This document shows positions 35,918-49,528 of a stretch of 64,000 nt of DNA, piece by piece. The position numbers were made by a program, and so were the translations under genes. How positions within the stretch are numbered: the first letter of the stretch is position 1; the number at the start of each line of letters is the position of its first letter. This DNA is from Raja brachyura (taxonomy: Eukaryota), in contig OY740809.1 of NCBI GenBank assembly GCA_963514005.1, forward strand, positions 14,012,001 to 14,076,000. The letters run 5' to 3'. Under the pieces are notes generated by a model, which saw nothing but the letters and a program-made list of their open reading frames with translations, did not search any database and was not told the DNA's origin.

Positions 35918-38399
35918 AAGACCAATAGCATAATCTACAATATGTGTGGAGACACATCCGTATTCACCAAGGAGAAGGACGTGAAGGATAGTGTGTTCAG
36001 AAAGGGATTAATTTATATTCTGGAGGATATCAGCACTAAAAGGTGAATGTATTCAATATCTTGAAATGCATAAGATTGGATCAATCCCCAAGGCTGGATG
36101 AGATCTATATCAGAATGATATGAGAAACAAGGAGGGAGATTGCTTGGGCATGAATAGAGATGTTTATATCTTTGTTTTCCCGCAGGTGAGATACCTGCTG
36201 TAAAATAGCTTATGTTGTTCCTTTATTTATGAAAGGCAAAGGGATAAGACAAGTTAACTACTGGCTCAGGAGCCTAACATAGGGAATCCACTGGAGGTAA
36301 GAGAGGTAGGAGGTAGGATTTAAAGAGGTAGGATTTATATTTGTTTGGAAAGTCATGGACCGGATTGAGTGTTGATCAACAAAATGGTTGACATGTGTAA
36401 GATGGGCCAAAGGGACCATTTCTATGCTGTGCAATTCTATCACTCTATGGCTCTGATACCATGGTGAAACTATAATGAGAAATTATCAGTCAGATGTGTA
36501 TACTAAAAATGCAAAGTAACTGTAATTTCCACCTTTAGTCAGAATTCAGAATAGATTATTTTAAGAAAGACGTATTAATGACATACTAGAGATGAGTGAG
36601 AATGGTGAAATAAAAATGTTTAGCTAAATTGCTTTTATTCATTTCACGGGTAGGTTCTGTGTGTTATTATTTTATGATAGATTCAGAATATTTGTCAGTT
36701 TATCAAAAGAAAGTTTGAGCATAAAAGTTATAGATTAGATTCTGCAAACATTATAGCATTGCATAAGAGTTTACATGAAAGCTTCAAAAGAGAATGTGTA
36801 TTTGTAGTAAAAGACATTTTACCAAACTGTTAAATAATAAAATGTTTAATGACTTGAATCATCATTTTGTAGATCTTTCATCTTTCACTCACAATTTTAA
36901 AAGATGCAAATTGGGTTGTTATTTTTATAATATGAAACAAAACAGTTCACGGTTAACCATACTGGTGTAGAAGTAGAATAATTTATAGACCAGATCAAGT
37001 GAGGAAAACAAATTTGTTCTCCTCAAATTTTGGAATCAGCTAGATTTCCATGAGAATTTCATAGCTTTTAATTCCAGATATGTTTAGAAACTGAGGTTGA
37101 ATTTCAATCTCCTATGGAATGATCATAAATCAGCATCTTTAGGTGACTAGGTACATGGAACTTGAGTTCAGGCATATAACCTCAACACCATCGAAAACAT
37201 GTTTTGAGTATTGATTTTATCAGATTTGTTGCATGAATCAGCCAATATGACAAATTAATTCTGGGCAGAATGTTTGCAATCAATTACTAAGGAATACTCT
37301 CAGTCCCCAAACTAGAATGTAATTCTTAAAGTGTCTTTTGCCAACATTTTTAATTAAAATTAGATCACTTTGCTCTGTGCTGCAGAACATAATTTGTTAT
37401 TCATTGTCAGAGATGGTTTGATTGTAGAGTGATTACGTTTCTGGAACAAGTGGGGAGAATCCCAGGCCTTGTACCAGAGATATGAGTCCAAATCCCATCA
37501 TTAGCAGCTGAAAAACTAAAATCAAATAATGAAGTAAAAATAAACAGCATATGTTCATAGTAATACAGTAAGCACAGAATACCAAAATGTCCTAAAAATG
37601 ACATTCTTTAATTCTAAAATGATGAGAGGCATGGATAGGATAGTCAGAGGGTGGAAATGTCAAAGATGAGACGGCCTAGGTTTAACGTGAGAGGTACAAC
37701 TTTTAAAGGAGATGTGCAAGGCATTGTTTTTACCCAGAGGGTGATGGGTGTCGGCAACCGCATTTAGAGGCTTTTAGGTAGGCATGTGGATATGCAGGGA
37801 ATGGAGCAATATGAATGATGTGCAGGCAGAGGAAATTAGTTTAATTTATTATCATATTTTCCACTGACATGTGGGACAAAGGGCCTATTCCTGTGCTGAA
37901 CCGTTCTATGTTGTATTTAATGAAATAAATCTCTTGACTATATATGACTGCAAACATTGCCACTCACGCCTTAAAGCTATGCCTTCTCATCTTTTAACAT
38001 TTCCACCCTAGAATAAAGGTTCTGACTATCTACTCTATTGTCACATATATACCAGGCGATTTCAGTGATTATTCCCTGATTCAGTGCAGTGATAGAAGGA
38101 CAGTTAATGCCAGCAATTTCAACAACATCCTCATTCCAGGTTCGAATGAAAAGAAAGTTAATTTCCCTTTGCTGCTTCTTCTGCTTCATGCCCTTTTAAA
38201 ATAAAGTTCAGTGAGAGAAAAAGCGAAAGCCATTCATACTGACACTAAATCAATGTCTGTGATGGTAATGTGTAGGGATGTATGACTTGCTGCTATATTG
38301 CACACAACAACTCTTTACTCTCCAAAGACATGACAATCATGGTGATGGCAGGTGAGGTGAAGAAATCTCCAAAATGTCATATTTTATTTTACTTGAATG

Positions 38400-39000
38400 A
38401 AAACCAATAGTTCTTTTTTCATTTCGACCAAAATCAATAAAAAATGAATTAGGATTTTCTTTCCAAATGTAAACTCTAGTTGGAGAATCTGAAAAGAGAT
38501 GTAAAATTCACTGCAGTAACGTCATGGATATTGGATGATCGAGGGATATTGATGAGACAATGTTTGCAGTCTGGTTATCTTTAGGAAGATCTTTACTTCG
38601 ACTGACCAGGACATTAATAATATTGTGGCTTGTTTTTTTTCTTCCCATTGAAGGGTATCCAGTTACAAAATGCAGTATGGTCAAGCTCTTTGGAGAACTC
38701 AAGAACAAATATGAATTTATTAGCAGGTTGATAATCTGGAAAGAAAATGTAAATGCCATTCAGACTCTGTTTAAACATTATGTGGATATGACTACTCTTT
38801 TATCCAGCTTGGATGAAAGCTCATGTCTGATGGATAATTAATTTGTTCCTCTATTCCAATCCAAATTAAAGAATATAACGGATCATTTATTATTAAAGAT
38901 TTAATTATCCTGAAGTCTTTGAAGTTCATCAGTAAGAGACAATTCAGCTGGCCAGATGTTGGAGGAGCCGAAAAACTTATCAGAAATGAAGAGAAGATAA
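38400..39000 (+). mobile_element. Very old L1-like ORF2 remnant
   Basis: Traces of F..SGY, GIQL and LFQS motifs across frames. Confidence 0.3.
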
Positions 39001-41076
39001 GGCTAATTCATAAATTAATTTTGGTAACTGCTAATGTGAAAAAAACAAGCCAACTGTAGGAAAGGAAAGGCCAGAAATGATGTAGGGAGGGCTCACATGG
39101 GAATTGTGTGAGGCGGTGCGACCAACATTTACAGCGGCCTCTGCAGTCTGTCTGTCTTTTTTGTCCCGTGAGTGTATAGTTTGTAGTGGTTTATATATTG
39201 TTTTTAACTGTGTATATGTGGGGGGCAGGGTGGGGGGGGCGACTTTTAAATCTCTTCCCTGTACGGGGTACCCGACCTTTTCTCTGTCGGGTCTCCGTTG
39301 TTGTTGGGGCCTAGCACCCTGGAGCGGCCTCCAACCGGAACGACCTGGGGGCTCCAGTCGCGGAGCCTGCGTGGAGGCTTTGGAGCGCGGCAGGCTTCGG
39401 AGCGTGGAGAGCTATGGTGGCGCATGGCTGCGACCCGACTCCGGAGCTTCAGAGGCTCCAGCCGCAGTCCCGGTGGACGGTAACATCGGGAGCTCGCGGG
39501 TGCCTGGTGAGAGACCGCTTTTCGGAGCTCCCACAACGGCAACTTCTCCTGCCCAAAATGCGGGGTTAAAAATGAGCCAGAGCAGGGCCTTACATTGCCC
39601 GGCGCGGCTTTAACCACCGTGGGGGGTAGAGGAACTGAAAGAAATTTTCATTAGGCGACAAAAAGTATTGGGTAGGCTAATGGGCCTGAAGGATGATAAA
39701 TCCCCTGGGCCTGATGGTCTGCATCCCAGGGTCCTCAGGGAGGTGGCTCTAGAAATAGTGGACGCATTAGTGATCATTTCCCAATGTTCAATAGATTCAG
39801 GATCAGTTCCTGTGGATTGGTGCATAGCTAATGTTATCCCACTTTTCAAGAAAGGAGCAAGACAGAAAACAAGGAATTACAGACCAGTTAGCCTGACTTC
39901 GGTGGTGGGAAAGATGCTGGAGTCAATTATTAAAGTGGTAATAATGGGGCATTTGGATAACAGTAAAAGGATTATTCCAAGTCAACATGGATTTATGAGA
40001 GGGAAATCATGCTTGACTAATCTTCTGGAATTTTTTGAGGATGTGACAAGTAAAATGGATGAAGGGGTGCCAGTGGATGTAGTGTATCTAGACTTTCAGA
40101 AAGCCTTTGATAAGGTCCTGCACGGGAGACTGGTGACTAAAATTAAAGCACATGGTATTGGGGGTAGGGTGTTGATATGGATAGAAAATTGGTTGGCAGA
40201 CCGGAAGCAAAGAGTAGGAGTGAACAGGTCCTTTTCAGAATGGCAGGCAGTGGCGAGTGGAGTGTCGCAAGACTCGGTGTGGGGCCCGCAACTGTTTACC
40301 ATATATATTAATGATTTGGAAGAGGGAATTAGGAGCAAAACTAGCAAGTTTGCAGATGACACAAAGCTGGGTGGCAGTGTGAACTGTGAAGACGATGTAA
40401 GGAGGTTGCAGGGCGACTTGGACTGGTTGAGTGAGTGGGCAGATGCGTGGCAGATGCAGTATAATATATATAAATGTGAGGTTATCCACTTTGGCGACAA
40501 AAACAAGGGGGCAGATTATTATCTCAATGGAGTTGGGTTAGGTAAGGGGGAGATACAGCCAGACCTGGGTGACCTTGTACACCAGTCACTGAAAGTTGGC
40601 ATGCAGGTACAGCAGGCAGTGAAGAAAGCTAATGGAATGTTGGCCTTCATAACAAGAGGATTTCAGTACAGGAGTAAAGAGGTTCTTCTGCAGTTGTATA
40701 GGGCTCTGGTGAGACCACATCTGGAGTATTGTGTACAGTTTTGGTCTCCTAATTTGAGGAAGGACATCCTTGTGATTGAGGCAATGCAGCGTAGGTTCAC
40801 GTAATTGATTCCTGGGATGGTGGGACTGTCATATGAGGAAAGATTGAAAAGACTGGGCTTGTATTCACTGCAGTTTAGAAGGATGAGGGGTGATTATAGA
40901 AACGTATAAAATTATAAAATGACTGGACAAGCAAGATGCAGGAAAAATGTTCCCAATGTTGGGTGAGTCCAGAACCAGGGGCCACAGTCTTAGAATAAAG
41001 GAGAGGTCATTTAAGACTTAGGTGAGAAAATAACTTTTTTACCCAGAGAGTTGTGAATTTATGGAATTCCCTGCCA

Positions 41077-42022
41077 CCCGTGTCCCCCGACACCGTCTCC
41101 GTCTGTGCTGAGGCCCTGGTGATGGCCTTCCAGCTTCCAGCGGCGGCGGCACGGCCTTCAGAGCTTCAGCGGCGACCTGGCTTCCGGCGGCGGCCTGGGC
41201 TTCGGGAGCTGCGGTGCTCCAGCGGCGGCCTGGGTGTCGGGAGCTGCGGTGCTCCAGCAGCGGCCTGGCTCCCTCTGAGCTGCGGTGCTCCAGCGGCGGC
41301 CTGGGTGTCGGGAGCTGCGGTGCTCCAGCGGCGGCCTGGCTCCCTCTGAGCTGCGGTGCTCCAGCGACGGCCTGGGTGTCGGGAGCTGCGGTGCTCCAGC
41401 GGCGGCTTGGGTGTCGGGAGCTGCGGTGCTCCAGCGGCGGCCTGGGTTTCGGGAGCTGCGGTGCTCCAGCGCCGGCCTGGCTCCCTCTGAGCTGCGGTGC
41501 TCCAGCGACGGCCTGGGTGTCAGGAGCTGCGGTGCTCCAGCGGCGGCTTGGGTGTCGGGAGCTGCGGTGCTCCAGCGGCGGTCTGGGTGTCGGGAGCTGC
41601 GGTGCTCCAGCGGCGGCCTGGGTTTCAGGAGCTGCGGTGCTCCAGCGGCGGCCTGGGTTTCGGGAGCTGCGGTGCTCCAGCGGCGGCCTGGCTTTCGGGA
41701 GCTGCGTTGCTCCAGCGACGTTCCGGCGGCGGGCCCTGTGGCGATGTTCCGGCGTTAGCGGTGGCGGCGGCCTGGATCCCCTCAGCGCAGAGGGAGAATA
41801 AGGAGGGGAGAAAAGACAGAGACCCTAAGACTTTTGCCTTCCACCACAGTGAGGAGGTGTTTGGTGAACTCACTGTGGTGGATGTTAATTTTGTGTTTAT
41901 TGTATGGTATTGTATTGTTATTTTTATATATGTATGACTGCAGGCACGAAATTTCGTTCAGACCGAAAGGTCTGAATGACAATAAAGGTATTCAATTCAA
42001 TTCAATTCAATTCAATTCAATT
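41077..42022 (+). mobile_element. GC-rich Rex1-tailed non-autonomous retroposon with an expanded minisatellite
   Basis: Inserted in CR1 CTGCCA|CAGAGGG. Internal hairpin at 41840-41882, terminal stem-loop at 41957-41976, then TGACAATAAA and (TTCAA)n. Confidence 0.8.
41190..41720 (+). repeat. 35/36-bp GC-rich minisatellite, 15 units
   Basis: Core GAGCTGCGGTGCTCCAGCGGCGGCCT with a variable 9-10-nt part (GGGTGTCGG, GGCTCCCTCT or GGGTTTCGG). Confidence 0.95.
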
Positions 42023-43069
42023 CAGAGGGCAGTGGAGACCAAATCACTGGATGGATTTAAGAGAGAGTTGGATAGAGCTCTAGGGGCTAGTGGAGTCAGG
42101 GGATATGGGGAGAAGGGAGGCACGGGTTATTGATAGCGGATGATCAGCCATGATCACAATGAATGGCGGTGCTGGCTCAAAGGGCTGAATGGCCTCCTCC
42201 TGCACCTATTTTCTATGTTTCTATGTTTCTATGGGACTTGCCTGCGTCCGTCGGGGGCTCCAACATCAAGACCTGGAGCAGGGCCTTACATTGTCCGGTG
42301 TCGCCTTAACGCCCGCGAGACTTACCATCACCCGCCGGGGGCTTTGACATCGGGAGAAGAATGGAGAGCAGGGGAGAGACAAGACTTTGCCTTCCATCAC
42401 AGTGAGGAGGAGATTCACTGTGATGGATGTTTGTGTAAATTGTGTTGGTGTGTGTCTTGGTTCTTTTCTTGTATGGCTGCAGAAATCAAATTTTGTTTGA
42501 ACTTCATTTGAGGTTCAAATGACAATAAACGGTATTGTAATTGTAATTGTAATTGTAGCAAATGGTCTCTTAAGAAGATACATGGGATTCATTTGTACGA
42601 TGCATAAAGTGACACACATAAAATAAGATGTTTATTAAGCCCTATTTTATATAATTTAATATTAAAAATCTAATTTAAATAGATTTGTCACAGGGCCCTA
42701 TTTCAAGTTAATAAATAATAGCTTTTCTTCCAGTATTTTCTTAATAAGGGAGTCAACTGCAAATTATATCAACACATTACACAGCAATTTTCACAGGGAA
42801 ATTCTAGATAAGCAAAGGAACAAGGTCCTGCAGGCAAAACATTTGAAAGCAGAACTTTGAGAGAAAGTTAGATTTAGCTCTTAGGGCTAAAGGAATGCAG
42901 GGATATGAGGGAATAGCAGGAACAGGGTACTGGTTTTAGATGATCAGCCATGATCATATTGATTGGCGGTGCTGGCTCGATGGGCCGAATGGCCTACTCC
43001 TGCACCTATTTTCCTATGTTTCTATGTAATCTCTTGGTTACTCCTGGTGTCATATGTTAGTGAGGAAGA

Positions 43070-43245
43070 GGAAGACATGCATGAATGCATGCTTCAGATG
43101 TTGGTGCAGGAGGCAGGGATTCAGATGTTTGAACCATTGGGATTTCTTCTGGGGAAGAGGTGACCTGTGCAAGAGGGATGTGTTGGACCAGAACTGGAGG
43201 GAACCAATATCATGGCTGGTAGGTTTTCAAATCCAACTAGGAAGA
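43070..43245 (+). mobile_element. CR1 ORF1 esterase fragment
   Basis: WCRRQGFRCLNHWDFFWGRGDLCKRD, homologous to 21390-21530. Confidence 0.8.
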
Positions 43246-46166
43246 GTAGGCAGGGGGATAGAAACAGAAGAGACATTTGGGAGGCTGGAAAATGATACGG
43301 GAGTTAATGACAGTGTTCAGTAGACGGCAGACAGAAACATGGCAGAGAGTGAGGAAAAACTGTTTGGCGTGGCATGGCACCCAAGAAGGCTGATGAGCAT
43401 GCAGTGGGACATTTAATGAAAAACGGAAACAGCTTATTAGTCCAAAAAAGATTGCTTTATTTTTAATCAATGTTAATCCCATCTAATTTCAGTATATTCC
43501 GCTATTCCCAGAAACATCTCTACACATTTTGTATTTTTATAATTTTTTCATGAGCTGTCAAAGGAAGAGGTGAGGGCAGATACAGTTATCACTTTTAAAA
43601 GATACTTGGATATATCCATGGATAGGAAAGGTTTGGAGATATGGGGCAGGCTTAGGCAAATGGAAAGAGCTTGGTTCGGTACACTGGTCGGCATGGACAG
43701 GTTGGGCTGAACGGCCAGTTTCCATGGCTATATGAGTAATTCTATCTGTTCTCTTCATTTTCCTTGTGCTGATCCTATAAGGTTTTCTTCATAAATATTT
43801 AAGGTAGGTTAATGGGAAAATCCGGTTAGGTCCTTAGTATGTAAAAGAAGAGAACAAATAGAATTAAAGTATTTTAGGCCTTTATATAACTGTAGAATAG
43901 AAAGTGAAAAAATATTTTCAAAATTTGAGAAAATTGTTACTTTCATTGTACCTCATTGGGAAATTATAGCCATATAACACAGAAACACATAAGCCCAGCC
44001 TTCTTCCTTATTGGTATTTCTACCATGGGGAAAATATTTTGAGTATCCATATCTAGGCCTTTCAAATGCCAGTGTACCAACCTTCACATCCCATGGGAAA
44101 AAATTAAGTTTCATATCTCATCTCGATATTCATGTTGTAAACTCACTTCCATTGGGACCTCCTAGAAAGAAATTTATCAATTCCACTAAATCTTTTAATC
44201 CCAATTAATCAATAATAAACTAGTCCTATTGATGCTTATACATGGCGGACTTACTGGATAAAGCAGATGTTTACAGATAAGTCCCCATGAGTCTGGAAAG
44301 GCATGGATTACAGAAATAAGTTCTCCTCAATACATAACCATTACTTGTTGCCTTCAGATCCTGGCATCCCAGCAGTGGAATCATCAAAATGTCCAAAGCT
44401 AAATGAAATTTGTTTGAAAGGAGACTAGAGTTTTGTGTCAATTAGAAACTTATTTATTTCCACCCATAAAGAAATACTTATTTCATGATTTATTTGAGAT
44501 AAATTGGGAGAATCAATCATCGATTTTGCATGATAATATTCCTTTGCTGTTTTAATGTGATGTCAATTCTCCCTAGAATATCAATTTGAGCTTTAGTATC
44601 CAATCTGACACAATTGCATCTGAATTCCAATACGAACTTAGTTGTTATAAACATGCATCCTTTACCATTATTTAGTCATTATTTAGTCACGGCTCATATT
44701 AGAAGTAAATTTCTCTGATGCCTTGACATCTGAAACCGCATTTTGCAGCCTTTCAGCTGGTTCTCGTTGTTGGTTGATGGGTCTCTCTGATTGATTTTTC
44801 TTTCTGCCTGCCTTTTGCTTTCTGTTATCAATGCTTTCTCTCTTCTTTTGCATAAAACAAGGTTCACCCTCTGTCCGGTGTGTCCTCCTGTGACAAAATA
44901 GAGAGTAGTGGTTCAACAGGAATAGGGCAGTACCCCACATACCTAGGATGCCTTATCTGTCAGCGTTGAAGCAACTTGACATTCCAGACCGCAATCAGTT
45001 TTTTCTAGGGAACAACTGGTCAGTGATGTGCAGACTGCAATCTCTCACCAACCTCAATAATACATGAAGCCTTCATTTTCAATTTTTTTATATTGTCATT
45101 TCTTATCAGTTTTATACCTTATGGAACGTGTTGCCAGCAGCAATCTTTCCCTATACCAGACATGCCATGTAAGAATTACTTTTTATTCTCACATTTACAT
45201 TTATGAAACTTTCAGCAACACTCCAAAGTGGTATCTGTAGCTAGGAAAACATTTGTTTGAATATAGTTTTCTTTTTCAAATAAATAGCATATTCACTGAA
45301 TTCATGAATGTGAAACTATGAACAGCTAAAACAAATTATGCCTGAGTCTTCCAGTGTTTATACAGTGAATCTTGACCCTGACTCACCTCTCATCTCTCTG
45401 TGTAAGCTAATCAGAACGCAGAAGAAAAAGGTTCTGACATATTTGACAGTGTTGGAAATAATATTAAAGGCATTGTTCATTATCTGTGTAAATTTTCATT
45501 TGGTTTCTGAAAGCTGAAAAACAGGGCAGTGTTAACAACCAGTGTTATACTTCAAGGGAAGGACAGACCAGCTCTGTACATCAGTCCTAGTTTGTGGTAA
45601 ATGCATATTTAAAGAATGATTTGCAATTAATGTACACCTCATCCATGCTGAGATTATTGTCTCAGTCAGACACTCAAGCTACATATTTAATTTGAACAAG
45701 TGACGCAGAAAAATTAAGAACAAGTAAATTATCAATCCTCAGGACAGGCATACGTCGAGACAGCAGGAAGAAAGGGGAGAATGTACTGAAAAATTGCATT
45801 GTGACTGTCGTTGCTGTGGCATTTTCATTGTGTGCAATAAATAAGAGCATTTGCAAAACCCATAATACTAAATTAAAACAAGGTTAGTGTTGCATTGAGT
45901 GATGATCGCAAATCACTGCAGCGTGCAGCTCTAAGTGAGGAAGCCACATTAGCACCACAGGGTGTTAATGCATTAACTACATTCTACCAAGTTTCTGTCA
46001 ACTATGGGAAGGATTAAGTTTTCACATTCTACAGTTCAAGGTAGCAAACAACATTTGGAATCTATGTTGAGAAAGAAATCCAGGTGAAATCAATTAAAAT
46101 AATTGTCCAAGAAAGCTCAACAATACATAGAAACATAAAAAAATAGGTGCAGGAATAGGCCATTCG

Positions 46167-46512
46167 GCTTTGTCTCTACGACAGGGCGTAGCTCCGTTTC
46201 ATGACGTGCAGCTCCTTCCTGCACGGATTTCCTCCAGGAAGTAGTCAGGATCAAATGCAGGTCTCTGGCGCTGTAAGGCAATAACTCTACTGCTGCACCA
46301 CTGTGCTACCCTAGAGCTAGTTACTGATTTCCCTATCCTGGGAAAAAGAGTGTGCATTTACCCGACCCCCCTTCCTGACCCACACACCACAATCAGTGAG
46401 GATAGAACACAGAACATCTTCCATCATCATTCTCAACACCATAGAAACATAGAAAATAGGTGCAGGAGTAGGCCATTTGGCCCTTCGAGCCAGCACCGCT
46501 ATTCAATATAAT
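46167..46512 (+). repeat. ~345-bp composite segment duplicated at 61879-62225
   Basis: Colinear near-identity across an RTE piece, a SINE piece, unassigned sequence and a CR1 tail. Confidence 0.9.
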
Positions 46513-47442
46513 CATGGCTGATCATCCAAAATCAGTACCCTGTTCCCGCTTTATCTCCATATCCCTTGATTCTATTAGCCGTAAGAGCTAAATCTAACTC
46601 TCTTGAAACCATTCAGTGAATTGGCCTCCACTGCCTTCATTGGCAGAGAATTCCACAGATTCACAACTCTCTGGATGAAAAAGATTTTCCACATCTCAGT
46701 TTAAATTAGCCTACTTCTTATTCCTAAATTGTGACCTCTGATTCTGGACCCTGCATTCTTCCCACATCAATAGCATTTTAAATATCCAAGCTATGATTTG
46801 CAATTCCCAGATTAGGTAAAACCTTTTCATCAATCTACTTCAATAAGTTTCTGGAAGGCCTTGCAGTATGAATCAACCCTTTCCCACTGAAGTATCATCA
46901 TAGAACCTGTCTCCTTCTCTCAAACCACAAACCAAAGACATTTCTGGATAACAAAGGTTATTTAGCCCATACATTTACTCATTATCAAACTCAGACATTT
47001 GGAACAACACAGAGTTGCTTCTTAACTTATTCTAAGGCTTATCCATCATCATGCTGTGTGGAAATCCATACAAAACACTGCTTTAGGATGTTGATTGACA
47101 CTTAGAGAGAACAAGAAAACAGAACAAAAAGGGAATGGGATTGATCAGATTACTGAAATGCAGCATTGGCCTGATCGACTAAATGTACCTTTCTGTGTTG
47201 CATAAGTTTGAACTAACATGAAGAAACCCCTTGATATTGGTGCTAAAGAATTACGTTTTCACATTCTACAGTTCAAGGCAGCAAACAACATTTGGAATCA
47301 ATGTTGAGAAAGATATCCAGGTGAAATCAATTCCTGATACAGTAATTTGTAAAATAATTGTTCAAGAAAGCTCAACAGTACATAGAAACATAGAAAGCAT
47401 AGAAAATACGGAGGAAAGCCATACGGTCCTCTGATATTGAGT

Positions 47443-47931
47443 AAGTGCAGCGGAGGCTTACAAGGTTAATTCCCGGGATGGCGGGATTGTCATATGCTGA
47501 GAGAATGGAGCGGCTTTGCATGTATACTCTGGAATTGAGAAGGATGAGAGGGGATCTTATTGAAACATATAAGATTATTAAGGGTTTGGACACACTAGAG
47601 GCAGGAAACATGTTCCCAATGTTGGTGGAGTCCAGAACCAGGGGCCACAGTTTAAGAATAAGGGGTAAGTCATTTAGAATGGAGACAAGGAAACACTTTT
47701 TCTCACAGTTGGGAGTGTGGAATTCTCTGCCTCAGAGGGCAGTGGAGGCCGGTTCTCTGGATACTTTCAAGAGAGAGCAAGATAGGGCTCATAAAGATAA
47801 TGGAGTCAGGGGATATAGGGAGAAGGCAGGAACGGGGTACTGATTGAGGATGATCAGCCATGATCACATTGAATGGCGATGCTGGCTCGAAGGGCCGAAT
47901 GGCCTACTCCTGCACCTATTGTCTATTGTCT
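47443..47931 (+). mobile_element. CR1 3' fragment
   Basis: QRRLTRLIPG..RGDLIETYK..TRGH; (CTATTGT)n tail. Confidence 0.92.
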
Positions 47932-48173
47932 AAAGATGCTCTGTTTGTGTTTGAACCTGTGTCCCCTTATCATAATCGTTTAACCTGTAAATTATCTTTG
48001 AATTTACATATATTTATGTTCCTTTGTACTTCTATGAGATCACTTCTTGAGATCACTTCAGATCGCTTCTTGAGTAACCAGCATGTTCAATTGTTTGATT
48101 AACAAATACAGCATGGAAATAGGCCTTCCAACCCATCAAGTCCAAGCCAATCATTGATCACACTAGTTCTCTG

Positions 48174-49170
48174 TAGCAATGTTACAAAATTTTGAGATTT
48201 TAGAAATCAAGTCTGCAATTTATCCCATCAGATAAAGCATAAAAATAAGTTTAATTTAACACCTAATTCTCTTTCATATCTTCAGTTTAAAAAAAGTTAT
48301 GGCCATTTTCATACTCTGAAATTAGCATCTTGTTCCCTATTGCTTTTCCATTGACTTAACTCAAAAGCTGTGATCGACGACAGTCAAAAGCCCATAACTT
48401 TCTTAAAAATTAAGAGAACTGAATGAAATTTTCACTTATTATAGATTGAAGCATTCTGAAACAAATATGAAGCAAACTTACTTGGATGACCTGAAATTAT
48501 AGCATATAGTTACCTAATTGTAGCTAATTACAAAATTCAATTACTAGATCTAAACATTTATCCATTTCTTAAGAAAAGGTGAACATTTTTAAAAAGCCTA
48601 AGTGTCCAAATAACATTCACACAATAATTCACAATATAACATGATTTTTAAATCTCATTGTCATTAATTCATAGGCCAAATGGAAGGAATTTAGTGTTTA
48701 ATTCCCGTAAATTAATGGCCATTTTATTCATCTTGCGAGTGAGATTTTATGGAACGCGATCGATTGGAACGTTGCGGTGAATTTAAACCCCATATCGGCA
48801 GGAAAAACACTGCCGGTTTGTATATTTACATAATCACATTTCCTATGAAGTAAGTTTACATGTAAAATACACGACTTACCTTATGTTTTGTCCCGTACGG
48901 GAGATCCGTCCCGTTGTCGGCGTTAGAAGTCGATTTTTATTTTACTTCAACGTTTAAATTGTCCCGCGGTTTAAAAAAAAATTCACAGAACGGCAGTCGG
49001 AACAATTCTTCAGCATCACCTAGCAGCCCGAGATAAAATATCTCGGACAGGCAGGAGAAAACGGCATTATAACCCCGCCCTTCCCCCCCCCCCTCAAAGG
49101 TGCCTAAGTCGTGCACATGGCCAGTGACAGAACTGCAGCACTGCTGAAGATAAGTTTTATAACATACCTA
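48174..49170. mobile_element. Longer copy (997 bp) of the TAG...CTA MITE with 7-bp TSD, inserted in a minus-strand V-SINE (~48100-49415)
   Basis: TAGCAATGTTACAA ... TTATAACATACCTA; flanks are TTCTCTG / TTCTATG (6 of 7 match). Confidence 0.9.
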
Positions 49171-49528
49171 TTCTATGTTGTCCCACTTTTGCATCTACTC
49201 CCTACACACTAGGGATAATTTACAGAGGCCAATTAACCTACAGACCCAAATGTCTTTGGGATGTGGGAGGAAACCGAAGCAGTTTGCATGTTCTCCCTAT
49301 GCAGTCCTAGGGAGAACATGCAAACTCCACACAGATAGCACCCGAGGTCAGGGTAGAACCCGAGTCTCTGGAGCTTTGAGGCAGCAGTTCTACCGCTGCG
49401 CCACTGTGCCGCACTTTACTATTTACATCTCAAATTCAAGGAATCAGCAATTCTGTTCTGCTCTGACTGCTTTCAACACTTGAATGTCTCGCAGTGTACT
49501 CTGACCTCCTTGATAGAAAACTCAACCA

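Larger units (their letters stand above)
39623..42232 (+). mobile_element. CR1 LINE, 5'-truncated, with a 378-aa RT ORF (39668-40804)
   Basis: KSPGPDG, NYRPVSLTS, QHGF, YLDFQKAFD, KFADDTK; (TTCTATG)n tail; interrupted at 41077-42022. Confidence 0.95.
39100..42557 (+). mobile_element. GC-rich Rex1-tailed non-autonomous retroposon split in two (~39100-39622 and 42233-42557) by a CR1
   Basis: GAGCAGGGCCTTACATTG occurs on both sides of the CR1. It shares the CCATCACAGTGA hairpin and ends TGACAATAAA + (TTGTAA)n. Confidence 0.75.

Noticed and set aside
38560-38841. ORF resembling a signal-peptide cytokine-like protein
   Set aside because: There is no recognisable family or convincing splice structure, and the region shows traces of a decayed L1 ORF2.
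41190-41720. CRISPR-like array with palindromic repeats
   Set aside because: The variable parts are only 9-10 nt and recur, there are no cas genes, and the context is eukaryotic. It is a minisatellite, and its ORFs are repeat artefacts.
45770-45990. Possible conserved non-coding enhancer or C/D snoRNA (similar non-repeat tracts at ~13560-13870 and 18340-18560)
   Set aside because: A C-box-like TGATGA is present without a matching D box, and conservation cannot be judged without alignments.
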